A DNA stretch of 49,271 nucleotides, from contig NW_014577068.1 of the NCBI RefSeq assembly GCF_000485595.1, positions 108,407 through 157,677 on the forward strand, given 5' to 3'. The notes beneath the pieces are model-generated. The model did no database searches. It saw nothing but the letters and a program-made list of their open reading frames with translations, and had not been told where the DNA came from. Origin of the DNA: Priapulus caudatus (lineage: Eukaryota). A program made the position numbers and the translations under genes. Below are positions 31,041 through 45,984 of the stretch, piece by piece. Every line of letters starts with the position of its first letter. The stretch's first letter is position 1.

Positions 31041-31440
31041 GAAGCTACGCTGACGCTTAACAACGTGATGTGCGATGTACTGAGTACGAGTCTCTGTACT
31101 TCGTACAGTATTGCGTGGTCAGCGATCGCGAGTGCGAGTGTACTGTATTTCGTAACTCTTCTGCGAACCGTTGTCGCCTGTCACGTCTAAATCGAGAGAA
31201 CCGCTGAAGTACTGTAGTGGGCTGGGGTTAATCATCTGCATTCGAACGGTGCTTGACGGCGCAGAGGGGCGACATGGGCTTGGCAGCCGTGTACGCGACG
31301 CACCCCTCCGTTTACGGTCCACTGGCCGACCAAAGGACTAACATGCAGATGGGAGAGAGTATGACCGACATATGTCAAGTCAATTACAAATACACATGGC
31401 GCTAGATCGCTACTACAGCCACCATCGCAAGCGTATATCA
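31041..31440 (+). repeat. Left arm of a long inverted repeat paired with 37765-38085
   Basis: e.g. ggtcagcgatcgcgagtgcgagt versus actcgcactcgcgatcgctgacc; ggactaacatgcagatgg versus ccatctgcatgttagtcc. Confidence 0.85.
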
Positions 31441-31877
31441 TACAGTATATATACACAGTAATGATAAGGGTATCATGTAGTATAAGCGCGCGCCAACACA
31501 GCACACGACACTCATCGCGTATAATAGCTCTCTCGTCTCTATAATTATATATTCCTAACTATATCAGTATATACCAACAGTAGTATTGCCGGTGCGTGCA
31601 TGAGTGTGTGTTGTGTGTGTGTTGCGTGCGGTGGGCTGCCGGTGTCTTTGTGTGGTGTGTGTGTGTGTGTGTGTACGACTGTGTGTGTAGTGCTGGCGAC
31701 TGATTGTCGGTAGTGACATGGTGTGTGTGCGCGCGCACGCCGCGTGCGTGTTTATCTCGTGTGGTGTGCTGTGGTGTGTGGTTGTGTTGTGTGTGTGTGT
31801 GTGTGTGTGGTGCGCGCGGCGCGCGCGGCCGGTACGACACTGTTCAGCATGGCGCTTCGGTCGCGCTAATCCGCGAA

Positions 31878-34430
31878 AAGTCTCCTTGTGGTGCTCTATG
31901 GTTAGCTCCTACCATCAACAGCGCATATAACCGCTCTTCGCTTTTTGTTAATGCGAGAATAATAGGCTCGTCATATAATGTAAGAAACAACATCAAAAGG
32001 ACGAATTCACGATGGAAGAACGTAGAGAATCGCGCGTAGACGACGATGAGGCGTGATGAAGAGCTCATATTGTATCCAGAATAGAAGGAGTTATACCCCT
32101 TCCAAAACGAAAAAAGAGAGCATCGCGTACGCTTCCGTTATCGGCTATAACAACGGCCATCTATATGTTCGACCATGTCGTCCTAATTCCCTCCGCAACC
32201 AATCAAATTGGCGCGTAGAGATTGATCAGTCAAAATTACGGTCACATCTGGGACCATCTACGCCTTCAAGTAAGATGTATTAGTCGAACCTCAGAACGGA
32301 ATTCGTAGATCATCTAGCTTGAGTGCTTGTTGGACAATCAACATGCATGACCGTCTTCTGATCCTCGGGCCCGGGCGGTCACGCGTATGGTAGACATAAT
32401 GTGAGGGATAACAATAAGTAGCTACTGCGGGGCAATATGGTAGGGTCAATGTGTTGTTGTCGTTGTTAATTTGAATCATGCAACTTTCTATAGTGGTAGG
32501 ATGTGGGTTTTCATTATATGCCTTGTCATGCAAGTACTCCTAATACTCACGTTTGGGCAGGCCAAATTGCAGGCATGGACCGCGATGTTACGGTAACCTT
32601 TATTCAATCAAGCGCACGATCTCTAGCATGTGTCGCCTAAACCGATTAATACGCGTTTAAAATGGAACGATCTTATTCGCGATTATGATAAATACTGTCT
32701 GTCGTCGTAGCGCTTCGTTGTGCCTGCATACTGTTTGTAAAGTGCCGTAATAGCCTTCGTTCAGTTCTTCTCTTCGGGTCTTCTCGCGTGATGAGGATAA
32801 ACGGCCAAAAGCAGTGACAGTACACATGCCGCATTAACGTCTCCTACTAATGTTTTAAATACGAAGGAAGAATTATTGGTCACGGTCAACTAAAATCAAA
32901 ACATGGTGGGGGCCGGGGTGTCCGGTCCTCAGTGATGCGCCCGCATGATAACGAGGTGCAGCAGCAAAACTATGCGAAATGGATAACATTATTAACGAAG
33001 AGTATGGAAGTTGTACTGTACTGTTCGGGATGGAGGCAGTCGAAAAACTAACACGAGATCGATTTGGATATAAATTTGAGTGATTGTTTACGTAAAAGAT
33101 CCGAATGATCCGCTTGCTAAGACACAACGGTATCGCAGATCTAAGGAAGGGCAGAAAAATCAAAATAGAGAGCAAGGAAATTAATAACGCACAGGAGAGT
33201 GTAGAAACGCACTAACAGGAAAGGAGTGGCAACGAAGCCGAGTATAGGTCTCTCGTTGTATGTCTGAAGCGTGATAGCGACGCTACATGGAGATGTATGC
33301 TGTATAATCTGCAATACTGAGGACCCTATAGTTGATCGGAGTCTGAAGGTCGATTCAAATGACTTTATGGCAGTAGACCTCTGTACGGTTTGGCTACAAA
33401 ATGCGCAACACATAATAGCGTGCTATCTTCGGCATCGCATGCTAACATTTTATTGCTAATACCAGACACGTTATTATGACGTTTACAGTAATCCATGGCA
33501 CCGCGACGGTTGGCTCAAGAGCTTTCCGCTGCTAGTGCAACTGAGCACCGAAGCGCGTACCTAGGGCATCGCATAATGCAAGTTTGGTTGAGCTGGTTTC
33601 GCGTGACTTGACGCCGGTCTAGAAAACGTCACTGTCGGTGGCTGGTGACCGTCAGCGTTACTCTTGCGAGAACGGTGGATGTTTAGCTTCTGGCCTAGTA
33701 CTGGCGTGAAAGAGAAGCGCATCTAGAGTCCTGTGAACGGCAAGAACTATGCGCTAAGTTGTTCAAGTGAGATCCGCCAGGAGATCGGATACGCGTGAGC
33801 CCCCGTTTGTGTTTCAAAATTGTGAGGATGAGTGCAATAATAGACATCTGTAATAGCTTTTTGGAAGACCGTGGAAGATACCGGTCCGAGAAAGTCAAGG
33901 AAAGATATTCGGTCTTGATGAGGCGGTAATGGCGCATGTACCCATATGCGCGGGCCCACCACTCTACTTACGTACAGTGCTATTTGCCGTGCTACACTGA
34001 ACCTTCGTAGCGCCCACGAAGGACTGTAATAGAGGCCTTATTTTCTTTTGTTAGGGCGCGTATTTTTGCCCGCCCCCTGCCGCCCGGGACGATAGGCTCC
34101 GCGTTTAACAACCCGTCCTTTTTTAGCCCTCGTCTATACATGGTTATTACAAATACAAATTTGCGGTTAGATTCGGGTACGTTACATGTTACTCGGCATG
34201 TTAACAGTCACGGCGAAGCCCTCATTCTCTTCTTTAACTCATTATCATGTTTGTCAGGTTCATTATTCCCACTAGCTATAAAGTCCAATCTATTACTATA
34301 TGTTCAGGCCTTTCTATGCTTTATCTATCAATCTATCTATCGATCTATCTATCTATCTATCTATGGTCTTTCTACGTATCTATTATCTCATCTATCTATC
34401 TATCAATTGTATATATCTGATCTATCAATC
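31878..34430 (-). repeat. Copy B of the 2.1-kb segment (insertion-rich noisy sequence)
   Basis: Collinear reverse complement of 23440-25533. Confidence 0.82.
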
Positions 34431-35925
34431 ATGTCAACATCCATCCATCACGGCCACACCATACTATCCATCCATCACCATGGCCAAACAAGCCTAGTGC
34501 CCATAGCCCCATCCACCCACGCCATCCATCCATCATCATCGCATCCATCCATCCATCCATCCATCGCCTCCATCCATGGCCATCATTCCATCCGATTACG
34601 CCATCCCCATCCATCCATCGCATCATACCACCACATCCATCCAGGCCATCCATGCCATCATCCATCATCGCCATCCATCCATCCATCCATCCATGCCATA
34701 CCATCCATCCATCCATCGTCCCAGGCCCCATCGATCCCATCGCCATACCAGTTCGCCATCATCCATCGCATGCCATCCATCCATCCATCCATCCATCCCA
34801 TGGCCATGCCATCATCCTCCACCACCACGAGTACATCCATCGCATCCATCCATCCATCCATTCCATCCATCCATCCGCCATCCTCCATGCCATCCATCCA
34901 TCCATCCATGGCCATCCATCATACCATCCAGTCATACATCCATCCATTCCATCCCATTGTCTTTTTCCTATTCCTCAGTACCATCCATCCATTCCGCATC
35001 CCTGCCATCGCATCCTCGCAATCCAGTCCATCCATGCCATCCACTAGGCCACCATGTCCATCCAGTCCCATCCATGCCATCCCATTCCCATCGCCCCCAT
35101 CCCCATCCATGTGGCCATCCATCCATCCATCCCCATGGTCCATATGGCCATGCATCCATGCCATCCATCCATCGCTCATACCATCCATCCATCCATCGCA
35201 TCCACTCCATCCATCCATCCATCCATCCATCCATCATCCATCCATGCCATCGCGGCCCATCCAATCCATGCGCATCCATCCCATCATCCATCGCATCCAT
35301 GCATCCATCCATGGCCATCCATCCCAATCCATCCATCATCCATCCATCCATCCATCCATCATGCCATCCTCCATCCATCATCATCCCCATCCATCCTCCA
35401 TCCCATCCAGAGCCATCCATTTCGGCCATCCATCGCCATCGCATCCAGTGCCATCCCATCCATCCCATCCATCCATCCATCACGCGCCGCGCGTGTGTGT
35501 GTATGTGTGTGTGTGTGGTGTGTGTGTGTGTGTGTGTGTGTTGTGTGTGTGTGTGTGTGTGTGATGTGTGCTGTGTGGTGTGTGTGTGTTTGTGTGTGTG
35601 TGTGTTGTGGTGTGTGTGTGTGTGTGTGTGTGGTGTGTGTGTGTGTGGNNNNNNNNNNNNNNNNNNNNNNNNNATATATAGTATTATATTATATATTATG
35701 CGGTTGCGTGCATGGTTGTGTGTGTGTGTGGGGGCGTGCGTGGTGCGTGTCTGTGTGTGTGTGTGTGTGTGTCGTGTGTGTGGTGTGTGTAGTGTGTGTG
35801 TGTGTGTGTGTGTTTGTGCGCGCGCGCGCGTGCCGTGTCTATATTCTGTAGTGTGTGTGTGTGTGTGTGTGTGTGATGTGTGTGTGTGTGAGTGGTGTGC
35901 GCGCGCGCGCAGCGCGTGTGCATTC
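34430..35925. repeat. ~1-kb noisy (CCAT)n array followed by (GT)n tracts and a short N-gap
   Basis: Visible; explains the His/Pro/Ser/Ile and Met/Asp/Gly/Trp pseudo-ORFs. Confidence 0.92.
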
Positions 35926-35950
35926 AACATGGCCGCTGGCTAACGCTCGA

Positions 35951-37735
35951 AAGTCTCTGTGTGTTGCTGCTATGATAGTCCTACCACACGCAACCTTGTT
36001 TTGGTATTCGCAGGAGAAAAACGAATTAAGAAGAAAACAAGAACAGAGGACAAATCAGATGGAAAATAGAAAACTGTAGACGACGATAGCGTGAAGACGT
36101 TCTATGTATCAGAATAGAATTACCCTCAAACAGAAAAGAAACATGCGTACGATACGCTATAAACGGATCTATGAGTTTGCCGATTGCCTTATTTCTCGCA
36201 ACCGCAACAAAATTGCAGAGATGTGATCAATCAAAATTACGCAAATTGGGACATAATTCAAAATGATATCGAGACCTCAAGAAGGTTCGCTAGATCATTA
36301 GCTGAGGATTGTTGGACATCACACATACGCGGAATTGTAAGAATAATTGAGATACAATATACTATCGGCATATTAGTCAATGTTGTTGCTCGTATGTAAG
36401 TTGATCATGAACTTTCTAGGTGTGATGTGGGTTTATATATATCTTGTCAAATCAATACTCCTATACTCAATTTGAGGCAAATTGCACGCATGTTAGGGGA
36501 AGCTTTTCAATCAAGGCAAGATCTCTAGCATTCGACTAAACCATTAATCGTTTTTAAGAATGGACATAATTATTTCGCGATTATGATTAAATAACTCTGT
36601 CGTTTATAGCTTCGTTGCTTCATACTTTTCTAAAGATGTCCTAATGCCATTCTCTTCTTCTCTCGCTTCTCTGATGACGATAACGGCCAAAGGCAGTGAG
36701 CATGTACACATGGCCCATTAACTTTCTCTATTTTTAATCGAAGTAAAATGTAATTTGGTCACATCAACTAAAATCAAACACGCATCAGATGCGCGATGAT
36801 TAACGGAGCAGCAAGCAAAACTGATCGAAAATGGATAAGCTTATTAACGATTATGAATTGTACTGGTACGTGTTCGGATAGAGCAATAACTAACCACGAG
36901 ATCGGATTTGATTAATCGACGTGATTTTTTCTGGTAAAAATCCGATGATACCTGCTAAGAACACGGTATCAATCTAAGAAGCGCAGGAAATAAAAATAAA
37001 AGAAAATAACCACAGAAGGTTAGAAACGCACTAACGAAAGGAGTGCACAAGCGAAGTAAGGTCTACTCGTTGTATGACTGAAAGAGTGATAGCGACCTAC
37101 ATGGAGCTTGTTTGGATAACTGCAATACTGATGACGCTCTATATGATCGAGTCTAAGTCGATTCAATGACTTTTATGCAGTAGACCTCACGGTTTGTCTA
37201 CAAATGCCAACACATATACGTGGCTATTTCTTCGATCGCATGCTAAATTTAGTATGTAATAACCAGACACGTTAGCTTTATGACTTTTACGTAATCCATG
37301 CACCGCGAACGTCTGGCTCAGGCTTTCCGCCTAATGCCAACAGGCACGCGAAGCGTACGCGGGATCCGCATATCAGTTTGTTGATGTTTCGCTGGACTAC
37401 GCGTTAGAAACGTCACGCGGTGGTGGACCTCAGTTAAACTATTGCAGAAACGATGTTTGCTGCTCTGCTAGTATGCGTGAAAAGAGAAGAATCGTAGTAG
37501 GTTCTGAACGCAAGACATGAGCTATGTGTTCAAGTAGATCAATCATCGCGTGAGCCCCTTTTTCAAATTGTGAGCGACTAGCAATAATAGAATGGTAATA
37601 GGCTTTTGGGGAAGACGCGATGGTACCGAGACAAGTCAGGAAGAGATATTTCGCTGCTTGATGAGCGTAGAATGCGCGATGATAGCCCATACCACCACCT
37701 CTTACTTATGTACATTGCTAATATGTGTGTCAACT
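35951..37735 (-). repeat. Copy C of the 2.1-kb segment (noisy, truncated at a (TA)n tract)
   Basis: Collinear reverse complement of ~23760-25533. Confidence 0.82.
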
Positions 37736-37764
37736 ATATATATATATATATACTATATATATAT

Positions 37765-38085
37765 ATATATACGCTTGCGAGGTGGAGCATCTAGCGCCAT
37801 GTGTATTTTGTAATTGAGAGATATGTCGGCATATCTCTCCATCTGCATGTTAGTCCTTGGTGGCAGGAGTAAACGGGGTGCGTGCGTACACGCTGCAGCC
37901 ATGTCGCTCTGCCGTAAACCGTTCGCATGCAGATTTAACCCAGCCACACATATTTACAGGGATTCTCTCGGATTACGTACAGGCCAACGTTCGCACAACA
38001 ATACATACAACTCGCACTCGCGATCGCTGACCAAATACTGTCAGTAATCTACTCTTCATCGCCACACGTTGTAACTAGCGTATTC
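37765..38085 (-). repeat. Right arm of the long inverted repeat paired with 31041-31440
   Basis: Reverse-complement similarity over more than 300 bp. Confidence 0.85.
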
Positions 38086-38234
38086 AGGAGCGTAGTTAAC
38101 CTATTTTGCATTGGGGGGAAGGGGCGTGTGTGGTGTGTTCTAGGAAGATGACCACCATTGACTATGTATTGTATTTATTTTTTTCTGAGGGGGGAGCAAC
38201 TGCCTTCATTGCCCCCTGCTGGCTACGACCCTGG
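38085..38234. mobile_element. Small hAT-like MITE remnant
   Basis: caggagcgtag ... ctacgaccctg termini; no clean target duplication. Confidence 0.45.
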
Positions 38235-38739
38235 TATGTATATATAGCTAAAAAAAAAGAAAAGTAATTTGTTTTGATAAATTTCCTGTTAGGCAGATGC
38301 TTGCAGCGAGCTGGAAGCATGTCACCCACTGCTTGGGTTTCAGCGGTCAACCACAAATAGCAATAGCGCTGGATATAGAGCAATCGGTCGCTAAGAACTC
38401 GGAATGGCTGTCGGCTTGTAATGAAAACAGTTCCCATGTGAGGCTTCCGGTGACGGCTTCGATGAAAATCTTGTGTGACTATATGCTCAGAATTAGCTGC
38501 TCATTAAAACGTTCGATTACGCTCGTGTAATCAGTAATTTTCGCGCCAATGACTTGATGACTCAGAAAGAGGCTTATCTTTAATCCGCTAGGGCTTTAGA
38601 CAAATTACGCATGCAGTATTGTGGGAGAGATGTTACATCCCTATTGCTTACAGTTTGACTAGATCTATTATATGTTTGCTGATATCTTTTGGAAACTCTT
38701 ATCGGCGAGCATTAGCATGTATACAAACAGGCACGTTTG

Positions 38740-38950
<211 letters not shown>

Positions 38951-41900
38951 ATTGATGTTGCTACTGCTGCTGTTTGTAGTTGTGGTGGTGGTGATTGTGG
39001 TGGCGGGGGAGTTGGCGAAGTAGGCTGTGAAATGATAGATAAAATAGAGCAAGAGAAAAAGAGAAAGAAAGCGCAAAAGATCCGCTGAAAGAGGGAGGGG
39101 TAAGTGAAGGAGCAAACGCGCATAGAAGAGAAAGACTGGGAGAAGACTAGAGGGACTAGAAAGACAAAGAGGGAGAGTCATAATTATTAAACATTATAAT
39201 GAATTTAAATATTACAATAAATAGGAATGGTAAAATAAGGGTCATAGTGACGAGTTGACCAAAGCCAATGCGGTGATTCGTGTACGGATTGGCAGGACGT
39301 GATATCTCGCGCTGTTCGTAATAGTTTTATGCAACATCGTCAGTCAGAAGCAATCCTATATTTCCCATGCGCAATGCACAGCAATGACGAAAGCAACGTT
39401 GTATCGACACTGAATCACGAAATCCGACCGTATAACCTGAGACTTCCCTTCGCTCATCAAAAGTCCCACTGGTATAGTGAATGCACTTGTCAAAATAGCA
39501 AGCGTAACCTCTCGTGGAATGTGCAATCAAATATTAATTCCGTGGTGGAATATATTAGGGTTAGGGTTATGTTTATGAAGCCATATAGATAATGCTTGTC
39601 ATGGGAGTTGCAGACGTGATAAATCATGCGTAACCGTTTGAATAATCTTAAAAAAATACGGTTAGCGCTATGCTAGTGTATATACAGAAGCACCATAAGG
39701 GAAGCAGAAAATGGTGTTTTCCCACATGAATGCACCGCAGCGCTCATTATTGTGAGTATATGATATTGAATGAAGTCCCTCGTCGATCGAACGTATCCTT
39801 TGACATCTATGACTAATCCCCCTGCTTGCTTAATTGCACGGTATTCATGCCGATTATTCTTTTGGTAATAACATCCCACAAGATCACCATACTCACCGCA
39901 GCCATGTTGGAGTCGGTACTTATGTGTGCGCATTAAACCCAGATATTGTGCAGGATTTTTAATATCCCCACTCTGGCTCTCGCGAGCGTAATATATCAAA
40001 CGCTCATTGTCATGATATTCTGCGTGTTCTTTTAAGTTGCCTGTTTTGTGTGTTTTTGTGTTGCTTTTGTGTTTTTGTGTTGTATCTGCGGATCGATCAA
40101 GATGTTAACATAAATGAGGTCGCTGCTGTGCCGCTACGTCATCGCCATCGTCATCGTCACCATTGTCCACGTGAACGCTCCTGCTCATCATTACCCGCAC
40201 ACACACTCAAAACGCGCACAAAACTAATGCAATACTTGCACATATATATATAACGACGAATATGTAACAAATTGAACATATATAATATGTTTAATAGCTT
40301 TAATTTAAATAGCTCGATGCTGTTCTACGTTGACCTGCGATTCGTCCTATCCAATTCCGCACTACTCCCCATCGTGTTCCCAGCGTGCTACATCACCTTG
40401 CCACATCTGACACTCACACAACTTTATACGATTCTTGCCACAAGAATTTCACCATGGTTACCCGTATACGTCGATACTACATACTAATCCGTAACTGCGA
40501 TTGTAAACCAGAACTCGTCATAAGATCCGAAGACAGCATGGATTAATATGCTGCTAATAATCATACTGTGTTTATGGCTTTATGCTCTTTAATTACTGCT
40601 CTTGTAACTGCCCGCAATGCCAATGAGAATACGCGTTGCTGTGTACATCTCGTCTGTGGACCTATGGGCGTCGTGGGACGCCATTTGTACATGAAAATAT
40701 TTTTATTGTTGAATCTCACCAGCTTGCAAACATTAACGGAGGTTCTAATAGTCATTCACAACCGCCGGCTTCATATTTGTAATTCTACTGGCCAGGACTG
40801 GTCGTGCGGAAACTACCGAACGTTTACACCCACTTGCAGTTTACTAAACATAGTGACATATGCGTTTGCAACTCGTACTTCTCCGTTCAGCTGACGACTT
40901 TATACCGCGCAAGAATTCATTCGCTTCGGTACGACATAATAGAGCACGGGTTTTATCCTTGCACTAACCCTCGCTCATGTATAGCCTCTGATATAGACTC
41001 TGAAAACAGCGCAAATGAAAGAAAACTCATTGGTATACTGGTGTCCATGATGCACACCAACGCGGCTGAGGGAAAAATCACCGATTCACTCGCGCTTCTA
41101 AATCGCTGAAATATTTTCCGCGCTAACCCCATCTTCCATACATGCGCATACAGCAGATTCCATCGAACTCCTCCTCCCCCTTTCATAGCTGTTGTTTATT
41201 CAACACGTAAATTATTTATCGGCGATGTCGAGACGCGCTGCCGGAACACCCGCGTCCTCGCGTCCTGCTCCGTATATCGATCGATCAGCGTATCCTAACT
41301 TTACGCCTGATTAGTGGCCAAGCACACATTAACTCGCGCTGTCGGATTACCCGTCTCGGCAATTACAGTTAGCGCTCAATGGCGGCGACACACTAACACG
41401 CATAATACCAACACCGAGCTCGCGCGTGCAGTGTATATAGGCAGACACGCAGCGCGCTGTTACTTAACACGGGACGCGAACTGATATAAAGTCAAAAACA
41501 TGTGATATTTTCTATGAATAAAACGAAGTGGTTGTAGGATGCGACTGGCAGACGGTTATTGAATAAAGCCGAATTTTGCGCGAAATGTGTCGTAAATTGA
41601 TGGCTAACTTCGCGCGCGCGCACACGAGTACCAACCTATAGTCGTGATGTTGCTTGGCTCTGGTGTCATTCGCGATGTTAGCCGATATACATCTGCTTCT
41701 CAGCGTCGCTGCGTTTTCATATTGCAAAGTTATGCGTTTATGAGCATGCGCGAGGCCCGTGTGGGTGAAGAACTATGATATGAGTGATAATCCTTTCATA
41801 AATCATGTTCGAAAATTTCTGCACTAAGAAACGTTTAGTGAAGCCACTCAAATAAATAACAACGCTGCATTATTAATTGTTTTAATGATGGAAGAAGATG

Positions 41901-42006
41901 GTCAGAAATCAAATGTCACAAAATAGACATTTATGAACTGTCAAGTTCGGAAACAAACTATACATCACAGCACCGGATTTCATGCGTTTATGCTAAATTT
42001 TATGAC

Positions 42007-42281
42007 GTGTGCGCGTACGTGCACGCGTGTGTAGATGTGCGTCATTGTTCGTGTGCGTGTGCGTGTGTGCGTGTGCGCGCGCGCGTGTGTGTGCGTGTGT
42101 GCGTGTGTGCGTGTGCCCGCGCAACTGTGTATGCGTGTGTGTGTTTGCGTGTGTGTGCGTGTGTGCGTGTGTGCGTGTGCGCGCGCGCCTGTGTATGCGT
42201 GTGTGCGTGTGCGCGCGCATGTGTGTGCGTGTGTGCGTATGTGCGTGTGCGCGCGCGCGCGCCGCCGCGCGCCGCGAAGAC

Positions 42282-42321
<40 letters not shown>

Positions 42322-43367
42322 GGTGCAGCGACGCGTCGTTGTGTGCGCATGTGTGCGTGTGTGCGTGCGCGCGCGTGTGTGCGTGCGCGCGCGTNNNNNN
42401 NNNNNNNNNNNNNNNNNNNNNNNNNNNNNNNNNNNNNNNNNNNNNNNNNNNNNNNNNNNNNNNNNNNNNNNNNNNNNNNNNNNNNNNNNNNNNNNNNNNN
42501 NNNNNNNNNNNNNNNNNNNNNNNNNNNNNNNNNNNNNNNNNNNNNNNNNNNNNNNNNNNNNNNNNNNNNNNNNNNNNNNNNNNNNNNNNNNNNNNNNNNN
42601 NNNNNNNNNNNNNNNNNNNNNNNNNNNNNNNNNNNNNNNNNNNNNNNNNNNNNNNNNNNNNNNNNNNNNNNNNNNNNNNNNNNNNNNNNNNNNNNNNNNN
42701 NNNNNNNNNNNNNNNNNNNNNNNNNNNNNNNNNNNNNNNNNNNNNNNNNNNNNNNNNNNNNNNNNNNNNNNNNNNNNNNNNNNNNNNNNNNNNNNNNNNN
42801 NNNNNNNNNNNNNNNNNNNNNNNNNNNNNNNNNNNNNNNNNNNNNNNNNNNNNNNNNNNNNNNNNNNNNNNNNNNNNNNNNNNNNNNNNNNNNNNNNNNN
42901 NNNNNNNNNNNNNNNNNNNNNNNNNNNNNNNNNNNNNNNNNNNNNNNNNNNNNNNNNNNNNNNNNNNNNNNNNNNNNNNNNNNNNNNNNNNNNNNNNNNN
43001 NNNNNNNNNNNNNNNNNNNNNNNNNNNNNNNNNNNNNNNNNNNNNNNNNNNNNNNNNNNNNNNNNNNNNNNNNNNNNNNNNNNNNNNNNNNNNNNNNNNN
43101 NNNNNNNNNNNNNNNNNNNNNNNNNNNNNNNNNNNNNNNNNNNNNNNNNNNNNNNNNNNNNNNNNNNNNNNNNNNNNNNNNNNNNNNNNNNNNNNNNNNN
43201 NNNNNNNNNNNNNNNNNNNNNNNNNNNNNNNNNNNNNNNNNNNNNNNNNNNNNNNNNNNNNNNNNNNNNNNNNNNNNNNNNNNNNNNNNNNNNNNNNNNN
43301 NNNNNNNNNNNNNNNNNNNNNNNNNNNNNNNNNNNNNNNNNNNNNNNNNNNNNNNNNNNACACACAC

Positions 43368-43460
<93 letters not shown>
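42007..43460. repeat. GT/CG microsatellite, N-gap, then (CA)n
   Basis: Visible; about 965 N between tracts of opposite polarity. Confidence 0.9.
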
Positions 43461-43462
<2 letters not shown>

Positions 43463-45984
43463 AGGCGCGCGGAAAAAATCGGGAAGCATAACTGAGAAAT
43501 TATACATTAATTAAATAAATGATTCAATGTGAACATAAAATAATCAAATAAAAACGAAGCAGAAACATGATACATTCATTATCAAGCACAAATATTATAA
43601 AACACAAACATGACGTGCTACATAATTTAGAACAATTACACACTGTTTATACGTACTTTAATGATTTAGCTAGTATAGACACGCTTCCGTGATCTATTAC
43701 AGCCTATATAGTGACAGCGCAGGATTGTGTCTAAACGGTACTTAATGAAACTGCCATTAAGCTCATTAATTCGTTAATGACATCTAAGGTGATCAGCATA
43801 TTTAAACCTTGTTCGTTTAATAATTAAGTCACATTATGGTTGATTATCGCAATTATATACCTAAATAATGCATAATACTCATTTTCTGTAATTTACCAGG
43901 ATTGGCCAAACGTCGTGCCTGTTAAGCTTATACTGTCAAATTGCAATAACATAATGTTTTTCGATAAGGAACGGTTTTGGCAACCCGCTATGGTATATAT
44001 ATATATATATATTGATGACTCCGCTTTTGTGTTCACGTTATTAGCGTTTATTCCGCATATTCAGATTACAGACGATTTAAAAAGAAACCGCAATCACACC
44101 ACCAGCAGGGGGGATCGTTGAACTCAAACCCAACATGATTGCTTTTATTAGAATTTTACATGAAAACTGCTTTTTCTTCTAATTTGCGCGACCATCACTA
44201 TTGCGATAAATTGCCGCAGGGCAGCGTGTGAGTTTCAAGAACCAATATATCGACGCAGTAAAGACGGGCGCGTGGTTTTATCTCCCATATTTTAGTTGCA
44301 CATCCATTAAATCGGCGTGTTAATCAGTCTTTATTGTCTAAGTGACGACAGCTTCGGACATTTTCGTACGCCATGCTTGCCTCGTTGTGGCATGGCTTTA
44401 TCGACAGCTACTCTCGTGTCGAACTACACGGGTTTGGCGAAAGCGTGCTCTAGAGTAAGCTCCACATATGCAATCATGTGCCGTAAAGGCTAGCGCAAGT
44501 TTAGAACTGTTTTTTACTAACTTTACTCAGACAGAAGCAGATGCTATCAGGGTACGCCGCGCGTGAAGTAGTCATGTGTGCGGAAGCGCGTATCTTACTC
44601 GTGCTGGCTCTAGCGTACGCCTGAGTGCGGATTTTAACGCGGAAAACTAGATTGTGATAAGTATACATATTGTATGTGTTGCTCGCAAAATCGTACGTTA
44701 ACGATTTTCAAAAGCACAACAAATAAAATAAAAGGGACGGCACCTGAATGTTGTGAATATAAATCTGCTCAACACTGCGTGTGTGTCTGAGCTATCTAAT
44801 ACATTTTTTGAGTTATGCCAAAAAGTCTAAATTAATTGAAACTGAACTGTACCCACGCGACTGCAAATAAAAATAATTAGTTTGCGCGTAACAAACGTCA
44901 TGATGATGAAGTATTTTCCACGATGCTTTTACGACGGCTAAACTAATTGCATCGCTGTAGCATTTCATCGTGCTACTAATTTACAAGCGTGTAATTTAAT
45001 ATTTGTGTTACGTTGTACGCGATGGCATATAATTTTGTTTCGTATTGCAAAATAGGTCACATTCCAGTTTTGCCCGCCGTCTCAGCCCCGGCGTAATTGG
45101 ACAATCACGGAGTCTTCGTTAGTAATTGCTTGGCGGCACATAATCGCAGCTGTATTACAGCCAAGCAAATATATAGGCCTACCACGCACGACGCAATCAC
45201 AATCTCTATAGACTGACTGTGCTGCTGACGGAAAATAGCTCTAAAATTAACGATCATAATTACCAAACAAATTTCGATTCCGTCATGTTCGTGCGATGTG
45301 ACGTCAGGATAAGAAAATTATACGTACAATTTACCTTTCATTCGAGGTTCAGAATAGCGCCGTAGAAAACTACATTATATGAGCAAGATTTTCCAATCGA
45401 CAATCAATACTTTTTACTGTACTGAAAACTACAATTATTCGTAATAAGACATTATTTTAAACAGGCGCCACACAAGTTCGATAACACATTGTATAGTAAG
45501 ATTCTAGTGTTATCATAGGATGTAAGTATATGGGGCTGGGAATAAGCAAATAGCAGGTGTTTGGAAGTGAGTAGTGTAAAAAAAGAAGGCGAGACGAAGA
45601 AAGTGGATTAATGGATGTAAGGATTAAGTGGTAGCTGAGAATTACTAGGCGTTAATATCAATGTACGTTATATACATTATTACGTCGTGAAAATTAGGAC
45701 AGATTTTAAAATATTATTAATGAATTACATTGATCTTCATATCCTTCTTGCTCCTTCGCAGCAAATTCCTAGCAATTTTCTTCACCTAAAGCCTTACTTC
45801 CTTAAACAGCTCGATATCTTCTGTCTCTTTCTATTATGTCACTATTCAATTGCCTACAAAGAGGTGATGTAACTTGCGTGTTGTCTATTCACGACCTAAC
45901 AATCCTGAATAATGCTTTTAGGTTAGACCGTTATTATTAAAATATTAAGTAAATCATTATTAATAATTGCTGTATATAAGTCTG

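Noticed and set aside
34140..35943. 474-aa and 455-aa His/Pro/Ser-rich ORFs
   Set aside because: Products of a noisy (CCAT)n array that lacks stop codons.
39673..39999. 108-aa ORF (also 46680-47039 and 48423-49041)
   Set aside because: No recognisable domain, no ATG start in several cases and no consistent exon chain.
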